A DNA stretch of 64,000 bases from Mytilus edulis (lineage: Eukaryota): assembly GCF_963676685.1 (NCBI RefSeq), contig NC_092357.1:26908001-26972000 (forward strand). The letters run 5' to 3'. The notes beneath the pieces are model-generated. The model searched no databases. It was not told the origin of the DNA and was given only the letters and a program-made list of their open reading frames with translations. The translations under genes and the position numbers were made by a program. This document shows positions 51,750-64,000 of the stretch, piece after piece (position 1 is the first letter of the stretch; every line of letters starts with the position of its first letter).

Positions 51750-52050
51750 ATATGGTATTTATGATGAGTTTAGTTGCAACCACTGGATCGATGCTACTGC
51801 TGGTGTCACCATCCCAGTAGCCAGCACTTCTGTATTTACATTAACTATTATTGATGTGTTCAAAATTATTAACTAACTGTTGACATAAACTTTGTTGGCT
51901 AAGGCTTTTCTATCTCAGAGATACATTACCGTAGCTGTATTTGGCAAAACAAAAAACAAAAAAAATTAGGAATTTTTGGTCCTGCATACTCTTTAACTTC
52001 GTACTTTATTTGGCCTTTAAAACATTTTTTTGATTCGAGCGTCCCCGATG
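51750..52050 (+). mobile_element. Circularly permuted retrozyme-like copy
   Basis: Begins with sequence found downstream of the hammerhead in other copies (GGTATTTATGATGAG), reads through the ACCACTGG junction, and ends at the hammerhead start (GAGCGTC..CGATG). Confidence 0.75.
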
Positions 52051-55000
52051 TCGAATGCCTGAAGTAACGAAACAGAATGGAAACAACGCACTGAATTGTT
52101 GTCTATACTTGTTTAATTAGCAATCACAATTCTATATTGAATATGATATTCATTAAGTCACATTTTGTTCATGGTTTCAAATAGCAATTTTTTTTTATCG
52201 GCGACTGTTTTTAAGAGTCGATTAAACACAGGAGTGGCAGAATAATTCTGCTACTTATTTTTACATTTTGAGGGATTGATAAAGTTGCAAGAGGCGAGTG
52301 ACGTCTTACCAATGATCCAAATTATAATTGCAATACAATTTCATGCAATAAATAATAGAAATATTACTGTAAGTTTATCACAGTTATTTGACTTATTTCC
52401 ATTGTTTTAGTCTATAACTTCTATTTTTCAATGTATTAAGGTAATAGCAAAGTTTAATTTATACTGTACTGTACAGTGAAATAATTTCGGCGTATTCAGA
52501 AATGTAGATCAATATTTATAAAAATGTAATAGCGCTATTTATAAGTCGGTTCATACAATAATAAGGCTATAAAGGCAAGATATAGACAACCTTAAAAAAA
52601 ACCAAACAAACTTTTTGCAAACATTATGCTTGATGTAGCAAACACAAAAACGAAAATCAGTGATCCAAAACATTATATCTATTGTTTTGAGATAAACAAA
52701 ATATGTGTATATTTTTTTATCAAACCTCCGTCAAAAATCTATCATCACCAAATTTCATTTAAAAGATTATTTAATAAAGAAAGTATATATACTATATACA
52801 ATACATTGTAGATATACATTTCAATATTTAAATGCAAGTAGGTTTAAACAACTTATAGATTTTGAACTGTTCTTTGACGGAAGAAAAGACATGGCAAATC
52901 AGCATATCCTCCTTTTTATCAAGCTATGAGTATCTAATTTGATAAATATGTATAGTTTTAACTTCTTTGTAGAATGATTTATTATTAAAAAATGAGAAGA
53001 AATGGAGAAGTATGATTTTAAATGTACCTATGAAAGAACCATCCACCGTAATTAAAATTAAGTGGTAGTAAGAAGTATTTATTATTGGGATCGTAGGCCT
53101 TCACAATAAAACTTCTAACCTTAGTTTTGGAAATAAAAATGCACCGAAGTTAAAAACGTGAAACAATTGAAACGGAACATTTTTTTTTGGTCTGCCATTT
53201 AAGACAATCACTGAATAGAGCATCGTAACATCTTTTATTCACTCTATCGATTATGTTTGTATTGAATCTCGAAATTATGAAATTACACAAATCATGAGTA
53301 GTCCTTCAGTTTATTATTCATCCTTTTTTAAGATAGAAATAAAGGCAAAGTATGCAAGTGTCATCAATTGATTGAGAGAAGAAAAAAATCAGGGTGACAA
53401 ATTTATTTTTATATTTCATGCTTTATACAACTAGAAACTGTTAAAAAAAAATACTTCGATATATCATGTATAAGTCTATTATTCCTCTAGATCATCGTGA
53501 TTGCAATGCATTAATTTATAAACGAAAACATCTCATAGATTATATTTAAAAAGATGGTTGATGTTTGTAGAAAACGCAGGTATCACATTTTTTTTTAGAA
53601 TTAACGAATACAGATAGTCTATACTGCAGAAAAGCCGAATGAAATAAATGTACACTCAATATATGGAGATCATCAAGATAGGAGACTTTCATTCTGTATT
53701 CCCTGATTATAGTAATTCATATCTTTTCTTTATATTGTAACACCACACTATTCTCGGATTTTCATTGTGTTGGTCTATATATATTCCGTTTAACTGTAGA
53801 TAAACATTGCTAGGAAAATATATAAGATGGTGTGGCATCAATATTCGCTATGATGTAATCTCCCGTCAGACCACATACATGTAAATGGAAATTGTGTAAC
53901 TCGTAACTAATTTTAGTGTTAAATTAATATTTTAATTACGGATCATGTGAACAGTTTGAAATAAAACACGTCAATATTAAGATATGTTATGCTTCCAAAT
54001 TCTAGTAATATCTAACAGAGACCAACGAACGTTAATGTTAGCAAATATAAGTTACAGATCTGTTTGAAATGACAAGAAAAATCAGCTATTAAAGGTGTGT
54101 AGTCTTGGAAAGAAACAAAACTGTGTTAAACAGATGATCTTGCTGTTTCTTTCTATTTCAATATTTTTTTAATGGAATTGCATTGTAAACGCGTCAAATG
54201 ACAGCTTAACAACCTTTTGAGGTTTTCATGTCCCCAGTTTTTATTTGTGACCTTCACAAATGCTTCACTTTGCCCCTTATCAATTTATTCGATTTTAATA
54301 CTAGTAAACATATTCAGCCGGAACTCATGACGTTTTTAAAGTTAAACTAAAAACCTTTGTTGACGTACACATTTTCTAATACTCATGAATGTTTTGCTGT
54401 TGTGTTTGAAGTACGTAACAAGTAAAAAATAAAACCAATAAATGTGTAAAGATTATGAATTATTATAAATAACAATATAAAATATATTTTGACCGTTAGA
54501 TGTTTTTAGTTAATATAAAAACAAACAAGAATGAGTATGGGATTTTATTAAGTACTATCTTCATCTATTGATTAGATGGTAATCAAGTATTGAAAAGTCA
54601 TATCTTGTAGAAATAAATAAGAAACTGTTAATTTATAGGTAAAGACACTCAAGATATGTTAAATTTAGTATACATATTCACCTGTTTGAATGTTACCTGA
54701 GGTCCATAAAATAAGTTCCAGTTCTTCCCTTTGTGGCTACGCCTCTCCACAACAAACATCAACTGACAGAGACACTACTGTGTCTAGCCCTTATCACATA
54801 CATGTATCAAGTAGGCGCATTACTTACACTTCATTCTTATTCAACAACTTTAGGCAAATTCGAAAATGTTAATTATTTTAATATGATTTTTTTGATTTTG
54901 ATTGTTGCGAACATCTACTAACTTGGGTTTTACTAATTAGTTGAAGGCAGTACGGTAAATAGTAATGATTTTTAACTCTCTGGTAGACACTTCCCTTATT

Positions 55001-56984
55001 TACAGATGAAAACACTTTTCAGTGGTTTACTCTTTGTCTGACAAAATAAATTGGTTACTGAATATACAGTAAAAGGTGTCAAGGAATCAATTGGCTGTGA
55101 ATATTTTAAGAAAAAAGAAGATAAGTTAACATTATTATTTAACGCCTTCTGATCAGAATTGTAATAAATCTATTCCCATGCTGAAAAATTGAAGATCATT
55201 TTCAATAAAGGATATATTCATTAGAAGCGTTGGATAAAACCTACCATTTGCGACAAAAATTTCAAATCGAGTTTTATCTAAAGGGAAATATTACAATTTC
55301 TTTGTACATTTCATATTCTGATTTCTTGAGGGAATGCATAAAAGCATAAAAAAACGTGAGTTTTAATGAATTATATGGCTTGCATTGTGTATGCACAACT
55401 CTGGAAATAAAATTTAATTGTTTGACGCAAACACGAGTCACTCAGCCTTACGAAACATAAACTAGTGTCCGTTCCAACCTTTACTAGTTCCAGCGGTGTG
55501 GTCACTATAGTTTCAAGCACGAACACAAACGCAGAAATAAGCCAATCAAAATAACTAATGTTGTGGTTCGCGCACAACTAAGTTAAACGTTACGGAATGG
55601 ACCAAAATATTCACATAAGTTATGAACATATGTATACGTAGAGTGGTAGTATACATCAAAGTAGTTTACAGATATTAAATGGCATTAACCCTTTAGAAAG
55701 ATATATATCATGGTTAAATTTGAATTTAAAAACTAGGAGGAAACGTTAAGGAAATATGTTTGCACCAATGATAATATCAATGAGGTGTTTTGTATGTGTG
55801 CATCTATGATTACGTTCCATTTTGAGACGGTAATGCAACTATTACAAATATTAAAAGAAAATATTGCATGTTTTACTCTTATTTTTCATTGGGTTATATT
55901 TAGATGAAACATGCATTGACAAGTACTTTTTGATGTCAGAAGTGTGGTTAATTGTATGGGATAATATGAAAAGAAACGGGAAATAATCTATTGAAAGAAA
56001 ACACGTATCTTTCAGTCATTCGACAAGATTTTCAGTATCTAAAAAAAAACCTCTGTTTATTAAAATAATATTACCACCCGTATTGTCAATATAATGCACA
56101 TTGTTGGGATGCATATCCTTCAGAAACAAATAATATACAGGACGTAAGTAAATTTGTTAGGGATATATATCGTTGATAAATGGTTAGTACGAATTGTATT
56201 TCTTTGACAAAAGTGCAGGTATTTTTATATGTATTTGCTTCTGGATGATTTTGCATCAAACTATACAGTACATGTAATTATGTTCGCAATCTTAAAAATT
56301 CAACAAAAAGTTAGAATTGTACAAATGTGATGCCGTTATTTTGATCGGTCTATATATATTTTTGTATTAAGGTATCCCATAGCACAGATTTTTCCCACAA
56401 ACGATATACAATGCAAAAAATTACACACTACATACCAGATGAAGAATTTCAACTGTGGTGTGTTGTCTGTAATAATTGAATATTTCATCAAATGTAAGGG
56501 TTGTAAAAACGTTCAGCATTCATGTATGCTTTAGTTTAGAGCGCTAAGCAGTTTACGACATCAATGAAACCAACATGAAATCTGAGTTAACAAGAAATTT
56601 TACATTTGAAAAGCATATTCATCTTACACATTGAAGGAAATGATAATCATGAGTGATATCACATCAGTCGAATAACTTCTCATAAACGATACAAAATGTT
56701 ACAAACAAGGTTCATGTTGTCTATTTGTGATAATAACAGGTATAACAAATTATTTAAAATGATCCGAAACTTCAGACATGATGGTTTATTTCTGATTGAC
56801 TGTTGATACCGTTATCTCTATCAAAACCACCTGTCATAGATTATTCAAAAGATTACTTTGATTTGTTAAAAAACAAAAATATAGTATCATATTTGTAGTG
56901 AAAACAATAACGATTCATGTTATGAATTATATATTTTTTTTCGTGGAGAGATCAATAAGAGGTTTCTAATAAAAAAAGGGGAAG

Positions 56985-57480
56985 TTATAAAAATACTAAA
57001 CTCAAGACTAAATTAAAAAAAAACACAAACAACTGACATGTTCCTGACTTGCAACATGCATTTTTTCTTATGTATAAAATGGTTCATTAAATCTGGTCTG
57101 AAAGCTAGCTAATCCTCTCATCTTGTATAAAAGTCGCATATAATTCCGTTATATTGACAACCGTGTGTGAATAGAACGAACAAACAGGCATAATACGTAC
57201 ACAGAGGCAACAGTAGGATACCGCAGTTATAAAGTCATAAATAGATTGAGAGAAAACAAATCAGGGTTACAAAATAAACCGAGATAAACCAATCAACTAT
57301 AAGAGGAAAACAACGAAACAACAGAAACACTGATAATGCAAAACACATAAAAAAGAACTATAAGATAACAACTGTCATTTTTTCCTGACTTGGTACATAA
57401 CATTTAAAAAAAAAATAGTGAGTTGAACCTGGTTTAGAGGCTAGCCAAAACATCATGCTTTTATGACAATGCTAAATATA
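56985..57480 (-). mobile_element. Two adjacent degenerate family B-type twister tails
   Basis: CCTGACTTGCAACATG...GCTAGCTAATCCTCTCA at 57043-57120 and CCTGACTTGGTACA...GTTGAACCTGGTTT at 57384-57435. Confidence 0.65.
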
Positions 57481-57594
57481 ACATTAACATAACAACATGT
57501 CATAACAGGAATACCGTATAAATTAATGCAAGAACAGAGAAATACATAAATAATGTAATACGATATTTCGACATGCCTCAGTCTTTTTATCTGA

Positions 57595-57638
57595 GCGTCA
57601 CTGATGAGTCTTATGTAGACCAAACGCGTGTCTGACGT
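57595..57638 (+). ncRNA. Minimal hammerhead, GAAA mutated to CAAA
   Basis: GCGUCA-CUGAUGA-GUCU-UAUGU-AGAC-CAAA-CGCGU-GUC-UGACGU. Confidence 0.7.
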
Positions 57639-59985
57639 TTTAAATTATAAACCTGTTACCTTTAATAACTACAACGAATTAAAACAAATACCTTAAATTA
57701 ATTTAGGAATGTATCCAAAAAAACAGCATAATATCATAACGAACTATGCGCAACAAGAATGCATTTTTGAGGGTACAACTTCTATACGAGAATCGTCTTC
57801 TTGCATCGTCTATTGAAAGTCCCATACTGTATACATGATTTAGAACCCTTGTAAGAATTTTGCCAGGATCTCGAGTATGTAACCTATTTTGAATCAAAAT
57901 TTTAGCACCTTTTCAACGTATAAACATAAATGGATTTCATTTTAGAATATCATAACTTTAACATGTTCATAACTTGGAATATCTTTTGCCTGTCATTTTT
58001 TTTAATCAGTTGAATGTCATATGTTGCATAATTATCTTTTAGTCTGGTGGATGTGCATTTGTAATCACAAACCAATGTAATTTTAATTGTTTACTTTTTG
58101 ACTGACAAAGATAAATTGTCGAATAAATACCAACCAACAGCTAACAACATGAACATACAATCATTGAACTATACATACTTTCAAGTAAATAGAGTAAGCA
58201 TTTTATTTTTTATTCTAATCAGAAATATGATTAGTCTATTTCCCTGCCGAAAAGATCAAGATCATTTTCACTAAGGAATATATTAACTGGAAGGTAGGCG
58301 ATAAATGATTAAGACCATGTACAATGCAATTCATTAAGTTACGGCTGAACAAGCTACATCAAAATACATTTTATCTCGGAGGAAATATTGCCGTTTTTTT
58401 CATACTTGTGATAATCGGATTTCTTGCGGGGATGAATGATCGTGGTCTATCCCTTGTATTAGTATGGAAACTTCGAGTGGTATGAGACAAGTTGTACAAC
58501 TTCTTATAAGCGTTATTAATATATAATACGCGTAAAATGTAGGAAAACGTTTCGTCTTATCTTTTTGCGATAATATCAGATATTAAACTTTATTTTGAAA
58601 GATCAGTAACGTAAAACTTCAAGAGGTATTCCTGATTGAATGCTGATGCAGTTATCTCTTATCTAAACCACCTGTCATGAATTATTCAGCAGATCACTTT
58701 GATTTGTTGAAAATAAAAATATAATAAAAATTTAGTCAATAACACAAGTCTTGTCTATAAATTATATAAAACAAAGTAAAATCTTAAAATTGTCCCTGTT
58801 GGAATCTATGTCAATGTATGTAGAGGTTCTTGATTATGGAATGATGTCTTTGATTAATCTATATGTAAATAAAGAACTATAAAACCTACATTACTACCGC
58901 TAATTGTCTATGTATAACATGTATGTATATTGCAAAAGAACATGGTACCTTATTTAGATCGTATGTAAACATGAACAAGTCTGACCAGGCAAATACGATT
59001 TTCTATCAATTTTACTGAAACGTTGTTAATGCTTTCAATTGTACGCAAAGAGTGTTGTTAGACCAGAAACACGAACATTCACATTTACAAACGAACAAAC
59101 AAAAACATAAAGGTTAGGGTCAACCGCATCTGTATTGGTTTCTTGTTAAAGGTCAAAATCAGTATTGTTAGAATTTCTTGATGTTTCAAATGTTAAAGAT
59201 TATTGAAGATATTTTCTGAAAAGCACGCACCAACTAATTGTTTTGTGATAGCGTACTAACGTGTTAGATATAATTCGAAAGGATTGGAGAATTATTATAG
59301 AGTCCATCCTTATTCTGGTCAAGGATGTTCTTGTAAAAATCTGTACATTCAAATATGCCAAATATTGACACAGTTGCAATTGTCATCAATCTTTAGATAA
59401 TAACAATTTTTACCAGTTAAAAAATTTAAAAAATCACGAGCAATTTATTTCCACTCTTAGACTAAAAACTTGAATTGAAATACTGTTTTGAGATTGACGG
59501 ACCTTTATTTAAAAACATATCAACAGCGGTTAGGTGAAAAACTCAACATTTTCACATATAAAGAGGAACCTACTTCTTTGTAAATATTCAACTTTATCTT
59601 TTTGAAAATGTCATCTATAATGATTGTTCTAGTTTTAATAAAAAAAAATAATTCTCAAAAAATATACAATGTTATCGTCTTCTTTACGTATTTCTTCTCA
59701 GTTTTATAAAGTCGTCATGAACATCATCTGATATATCTTGATTCTTGTCTCAGCCGATATGCAATAAGTTACTGGGAACATTGATGTATAAAAGTGCAAC
59801 GCAACTGTTACTTTAATATACGAAGACTTGATAATTATCGGAAACAAGAACATTAATGTATACATTACGATTCAACAGAGGTTTAAACTTCTGTGCTTCT
59901 AATTACAATTGTTTCTACATTACATAATTGTTTTTGCAAATTTGTTTCTTTTTCATTATATAGGCTCACTTGAATCAAGGAAACA

Positions 59986-60072
59986 ATGGCGTTCTTAAGT
60001 AACATAACAATTCAAATTATTAGGAGTAAAGCTGGGAATGAAACAGCGACAACGGACACACTCGAATCTCAG
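59986..60072 (+). CDS. GPCR first coding exon (extracellular N-terminus)
   Basis: Acceptor at 59963, ACAATGG start, MAFLSNITIQIIRSKAGNETATTDTLESQ with two N-glycosylation sequons; donor CAG/GTAATC is phase 0, matching the next exon. Confidence 0.75.
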
Positions 60073-60169
60073 GTAATCTATTATATTTATATTCGAGCAA
60101 GTAGTTGTTAGCCTCATGCAACTAATACAACAAGTCATAATTTGCATGCATCATAGTCTGTAATACAGC

Positions 60170-60410
60170 GGTTTTCGTTTGTAACTGTTTAATATATTTT
60201 CTCGTTCACATTTTTGTACATTTATTAGACCGTTATTATCCTTGTTTGAATTTATTTATATATTTCATTTAGGCGCCTTTTAAAGCTGGAAATGCGGTTT
60301 GGCTTTGATCATCGTTAAACTTCGTACGGTGAATTTAACATGCTAGACTTTTTGATCTATTGTGACGAGTTGTCCAATTGGCAATCTTACCACTCTTTTT
60401 TTTTATATTT
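60170..60410 (+). mobile_element. Decayed family A 3' portion (in GPCR intron 1)
   Basis: GGCTTTGATCATCGTTAAACTTCGTACGGTGA...GAGTTGTCCAATTGGCAATCTTACCAC. Confidence 0.55.
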
Positions 60411-60978
60411 CCAGTTCTGCATACCAATATGTTTGTTAAGCCTGTATATTGGATGCTTATCTCTCATATTCCAGTTTTTTATTATAATTTCATTGATAGA
60501 GTGTTTATGTTCTAATGGAAGTTGTTTGACCATTTCTGAATATTTGTTTCACATACGACGACGACCGATATTAAATGATGTGACTGTAATATTTTTATGT
60601 CTATGAAGAAATAATATACAAAAATGTGTTTTTGCACACTGAATATATTTATATTATTTCGAATTCCATTTTAAGACAGAAAAAATCATAAAAAAACGTT
60701 GACGACGTCGCGGTCGCTTTACACAATTATGTCTTTGAACTGATAGACAAAATACTGTCAGCCAATCAGAAAATGTGTTACATCCAAAGTGAAATTATGT
60801 TCCAATTGTATGAAACACATTTCCGTGTTCTGTTTTCTACATGTAAAGCCAATATATAAGAGTCATTTCCGGGTTTGCATTGAATTGTCTGTTTGTTTTC
60901 AACATTTGAGATTGTATGTTTTCCTTCTCTTATACAAAAATTTACATTATTTATTTTACAATCTTTGGGAAATCTTAA

Positions 60979-61313
60979 AAAAGTTTGCTAAATAAAGGAA
61001 TCAAAAGAGCGAAACAAATATATAGGTAAATGTGCTTGTTTTCGATATATTAGCATTGACATTTTTGCTGGAAAATACTCTCTTTTGACTTTTTATAGCT
61101 TTATATAAATTGAAAATTTCAAAAACTTTTAAATAATAATTAAAATTTGATAAGACTTTAACTTTAACAGATGGCTTATCATTATACATGTCATAGATAT
61201 AAAAAATAAAAAAAGGGGTCAATAGGCAATTTTTTTTAATGCATTCAAAAGGATAAAACCAAATGCTTTCGAAAATCTGACAAAAATCACAAAAACTTGA
61301 CAAGCAAACTTCC
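60979..61313. mobile_element. Kolobok-like MITE with TTAA TSD
   Basis: TTAA|AAAAGTTTGCT ... AGCAAACTTCC|TTAA. Confidence 0.55.
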
Positions 61314-61386
61314 TTAAAATAATGAAAATCGTGTAATGACTCACTCAGTTAAGCAATATTTATTATTGTCAATCAATTAATTACAG

Positions 61387-61516
61387 GGTCTCAAATGGAT
61401 TTCCTTGGTCATTCTCCTTGGAATAATATTGTTTAATCTATTGGTGGTGGTTCTACTGATTTTAAGAAATTCTAAATCAAGAATGCGATTTTTCGTAACA
61501 AACCTAGCTATAGCAG
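61387..61516 (+). CDS. Class A GPCR exon (TM1-ICL1-start of TM2), CCAP/neuropeptide S/vasopressin receptor-like
   Basis: TTACAG acceptor; GLKWISLVILLGIILFNLLVVVLLILRNSKSRMRFFVTNLAIA(D); donor AG/GTAAGA. N1.50, KSRMxxF and LAxAD motifs present. The gene continues beyond the window. Confidence 0.92.
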
Positions 61517-61821
61517 GTAAGAATAATAGAGATCTAAAATATAACAATTCAGAACCGATACAATTAACATGAAAACATCATTCAGACACATGTTTGGCTG
61601 TTACGGAATGATCCCCCTATTTTCTATGATGAGTCGTTTTAAAGCCACCAGCTCGAAACCACAGTTGCTAAACGAAATCGAGATGATATATCCAATTTGT
61701 AACTCAGGACTTTAATATTGATATGAAAGATATCTAGCGTAGACAGTCCTATTTAATTGATTGATTATTCTACGTAAAAACTATCCAAAACATAATTTTT
61801 CACATTTAAGCCTATATATTC

Positions 61822-62183
61822 TAATAACTATTTACACCACTGGGTCAATACCACTGCTGGTGGACGTTTCGTCCCCGAGGGTATCACCAGCCCAGTAGTC
61901 AACACTTGGTGTTGACATAAATGGCAATAATGTGGTCATTTATATAAATTTCCTGTTTACAAAAGTTTGAATTTTTCGAAAAACTAAGGATTTTCTTATC
62001 CCAGGCATAGATTACCTTAGCTGTATTTGGCACAACATTTCGAATTTTGGATCCTCAATGCTCTTCAACTTTGTACTTGTTTGACTCTATAAATATTTTG
62101 ATCTGAGCGTCACTGATGAGTCTTATGAAGACGCAAGGCGCGTCTGGCGTACTAAATTAAAATCCTGGTAGCTTTAATAACTA
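61822..62183 (+). mobile_element. Unit-length (353 nt period) retrozyme-like element; hammerhead 62107-62150 has GAAAC mutated to GCAAG
   Basis: TAATAACTA at 61822-61830 and 62175-62183; GCGTCACTGATGAGTCTTATGAAGACGCAAGGCGCGTCTGGCGT. Confidence 0.85.
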
Positions 62184-62599
62184 ATTAAATCTAGAACAAC
62201 TTTGTATTTGGCAAAGCTTTTAACCTGTCTTGATTTAATAGACTAAAAATGCATACCTACATATAAGCATTATTATTATCTTTCAAGAGTGTTGAATAAG
62301 CCGGAAGAATATTTCGAAATTTGTTCATTACGCCCAAATAACAATCACAAATCCTTCCAACAATTTAGTTTAGATTTATTTTTTTATAAATCTAAGTATT
62401 TGCTCATCCAAGATATATTAAAACCTATTTCGTTTGACTTTTTTATCCAGAAGAAAGAAAGAAATAATAAATTACTATTCTGGTTAAGTCATAAATGAAA
62501 TATTTTATCTAAGAAAATTTGGATAGTGTATACAACAGATTTCTAAAGTGCAAATACAATTTCAATTGATTAATATATGATGGTCCTTTATCATTTCTG

Positions 62600-63330
62600 C
62601 CAAGAAATACATTCATAAAATACTGAGGTGATTATGGCAAGTATGCAATACGAAAAATCATTGAGAACTATTAAAAAATATAAATGTTGAAGAATTAGAT
62701 CTGATGTGTACCTCATGCTTAGAAAGTAGCTATGATATACCTATATAATATCTTAAAGATGATATTGCAAGAGTTTGCCAAACAAGTGTTTGTTTTTGGA
62801 TCGTGAAATGTCGAGGTTACATAAACACGTGGTTCCATAGCGTAAAAAAGCTTCCGGACAATGCAATCTTTCACATCTAACTGACAACGACTCCGGTATC
62901 TCAACAAGATTCATCCAAGACTCTGTGAAAAGTAAACTTGTAGCAGACTTCAAAGAAAAGTGTTTTAACAAAATAAACAATATGCCAAAGTTGAGCACAT
63001 TAAAAAATTGAATGTTTTATCGAGCCGTAAGTACAGAAGAATTTATCAATCACACAAAGATATGCAATCGCTAGAATTCACTGTGATGCTTTCCACACTA
63101 GAAGTCGAACGAGGACGCTATAGACACAATCCAATCGCACAACGAGAAGGTAAAATGTGCAATTATGTGTCTATTGAAGATGAGCAACACTTCATCTCAT
63201 TATGTGATCGTTACTCGGCTTTAAGAAATAAACTATTTATTGCAATATCACCAGCCATGTCCTGCTTATCTTCTACGCACACACGAACTTCCCCCATATG
63301 CTGCATTAAATGAACTATTATAGAACACCA
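62600..63330 (+). mobile_element. Decayed non-LTR retrotransposon ORF2 3' end (RTE-X-like C-terminal CCHC region)
   Basis: ...FKEKCFNKINNMPKLST and LEVERGRYRHNPIAQREGKMCNYVSIEDEQHFISLCDRYSALRNKLF, in frameshifted pieces. Confidence 0.75.
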
Positions 63331-63654
63331 ACAAATGTATATGGTATATATAGTGAAGATGACGTTTGCTGTTTGCCTGATGCACCACGTTTAGGAAGTT
63401 TTTTTTTTCAAATTGCTTAAGGGTTCATATGATTTTTTCCAAAGTAATATACTATCTAAATGCAGATAGCTCATGTGATGTAATAGATAATTCTACCTCT
63501 GAAACAAAGCTAGGACTGACAATGTTTTTTAGGATAAACAATATACTTTATCCCGCTGTTTGGTATGTAATATATGATTTACTATACTGAGAGACGGAAT
63601 GATTCGTCGTTATCGATTTTTAAATTGCAAATTGAAATTTCCTTAAAACTATAT

Positions 63655-64000
63655 AAAAAGAAGATGTGGTATGATTGCCAATGAGACAACTATCCACAAA
63701 AGACCAAAATAACACAGACATTAACAACTATAGGTCACCGTACGGCCTTCAACAATGAGCAAAGCACATACCGCGTAGCAGGCTATAAAACGCCCCGATA
63801 AGACAATGTAAAACAATTCAAACGAGAAAACTAACGGTCTTATTTATTTAAAAAAAAACAATGAACGAAAAACAAATATGTAACACATAAACAAACGACA
63901 ACCACTGAATTACAGGCTCCTGACTTGGGACAGGCACATACATAATTAATGTGGCGGGGTTAAACATGTTAGCGTGATCCCAACCCTCCCCTAACCTGGG
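63655..64000 (-). mobile_element. Family A twister-bearing repeat (runs off the window)
   Basis: Well-preserved copy; homologues at 4510-4870, 49830-50028 and 47170-47290. Confidence 0.85.
63913..63998 (-). ncRNA. Twister ribozyme-like motif, type P5, family A (best copy)
   Basis: Minus strand: CAGGU-UA-GGG-GAGGG-UUGGGAUCACGCUAACAUGUU-U/AA-CCCC-GC-CACAU-UAAUUAUGU-AUGUG-CCUG-UCCCAAGU-CAGG-A-GCCUG. Compare canonical UAA-CACU-GC-C..G-CCGG-UCCCAAGC-CCGG-A..AGUG-GAGGG. Confidence 0.8.

Noticed and set aside
55371-55577. ETIVTTPLELVKV resembling the mitochondrial carrier signature
   Set aside because: The motif is not continued, there are no convincing splice sites and no other carrier exons; probably chance.

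Overview
AT-rich, intron- and repeat-rich eukaryotic DNA, most consistent with a bivalve mollusc (Mytilus-like; inferred from repeat families and gene types). Most entries in the ORF track are noise. Two host genes are supportable: the last C-type lectin domain exon (3523-3746, +; QPD/WGD motifs) and the first two coding exons of a class A neuropeptide GPCR of the CCAP/NPS/vasopressin receptor group (59986-60072 and 61387-61516, +). Between them (about 8-45 kb) is a patchwork of old local duplications, including a head-to-head pair of TATA / short exon 1 / small-ORF units. Mobile DNA includes two Penelope-like (PLE) reverse transcriptase remnants, a LINE 3' fragment, a Tc1-derived element, Helentron-type elements, MITEs and a 6.4 kb foldback-like structure. 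The strongest signal is at the RNA level. The commonest short repeats carry circularly permuted (type P5) twister ribozyme motifs in at least two families, with compensatory changes in both pseudoknots and in P4. One intact twister sits in the 3' tail of a PLE, where hammerheads are normally found. In these twisters stem P1 is replaced by two adjacent palindromes, paralleling the palindrome of the minimal hammerheads in the about 353 nt retrozyme-like repeats also present. All ribozyme calls come from manual alignment to known consensus structures; activity is untested.
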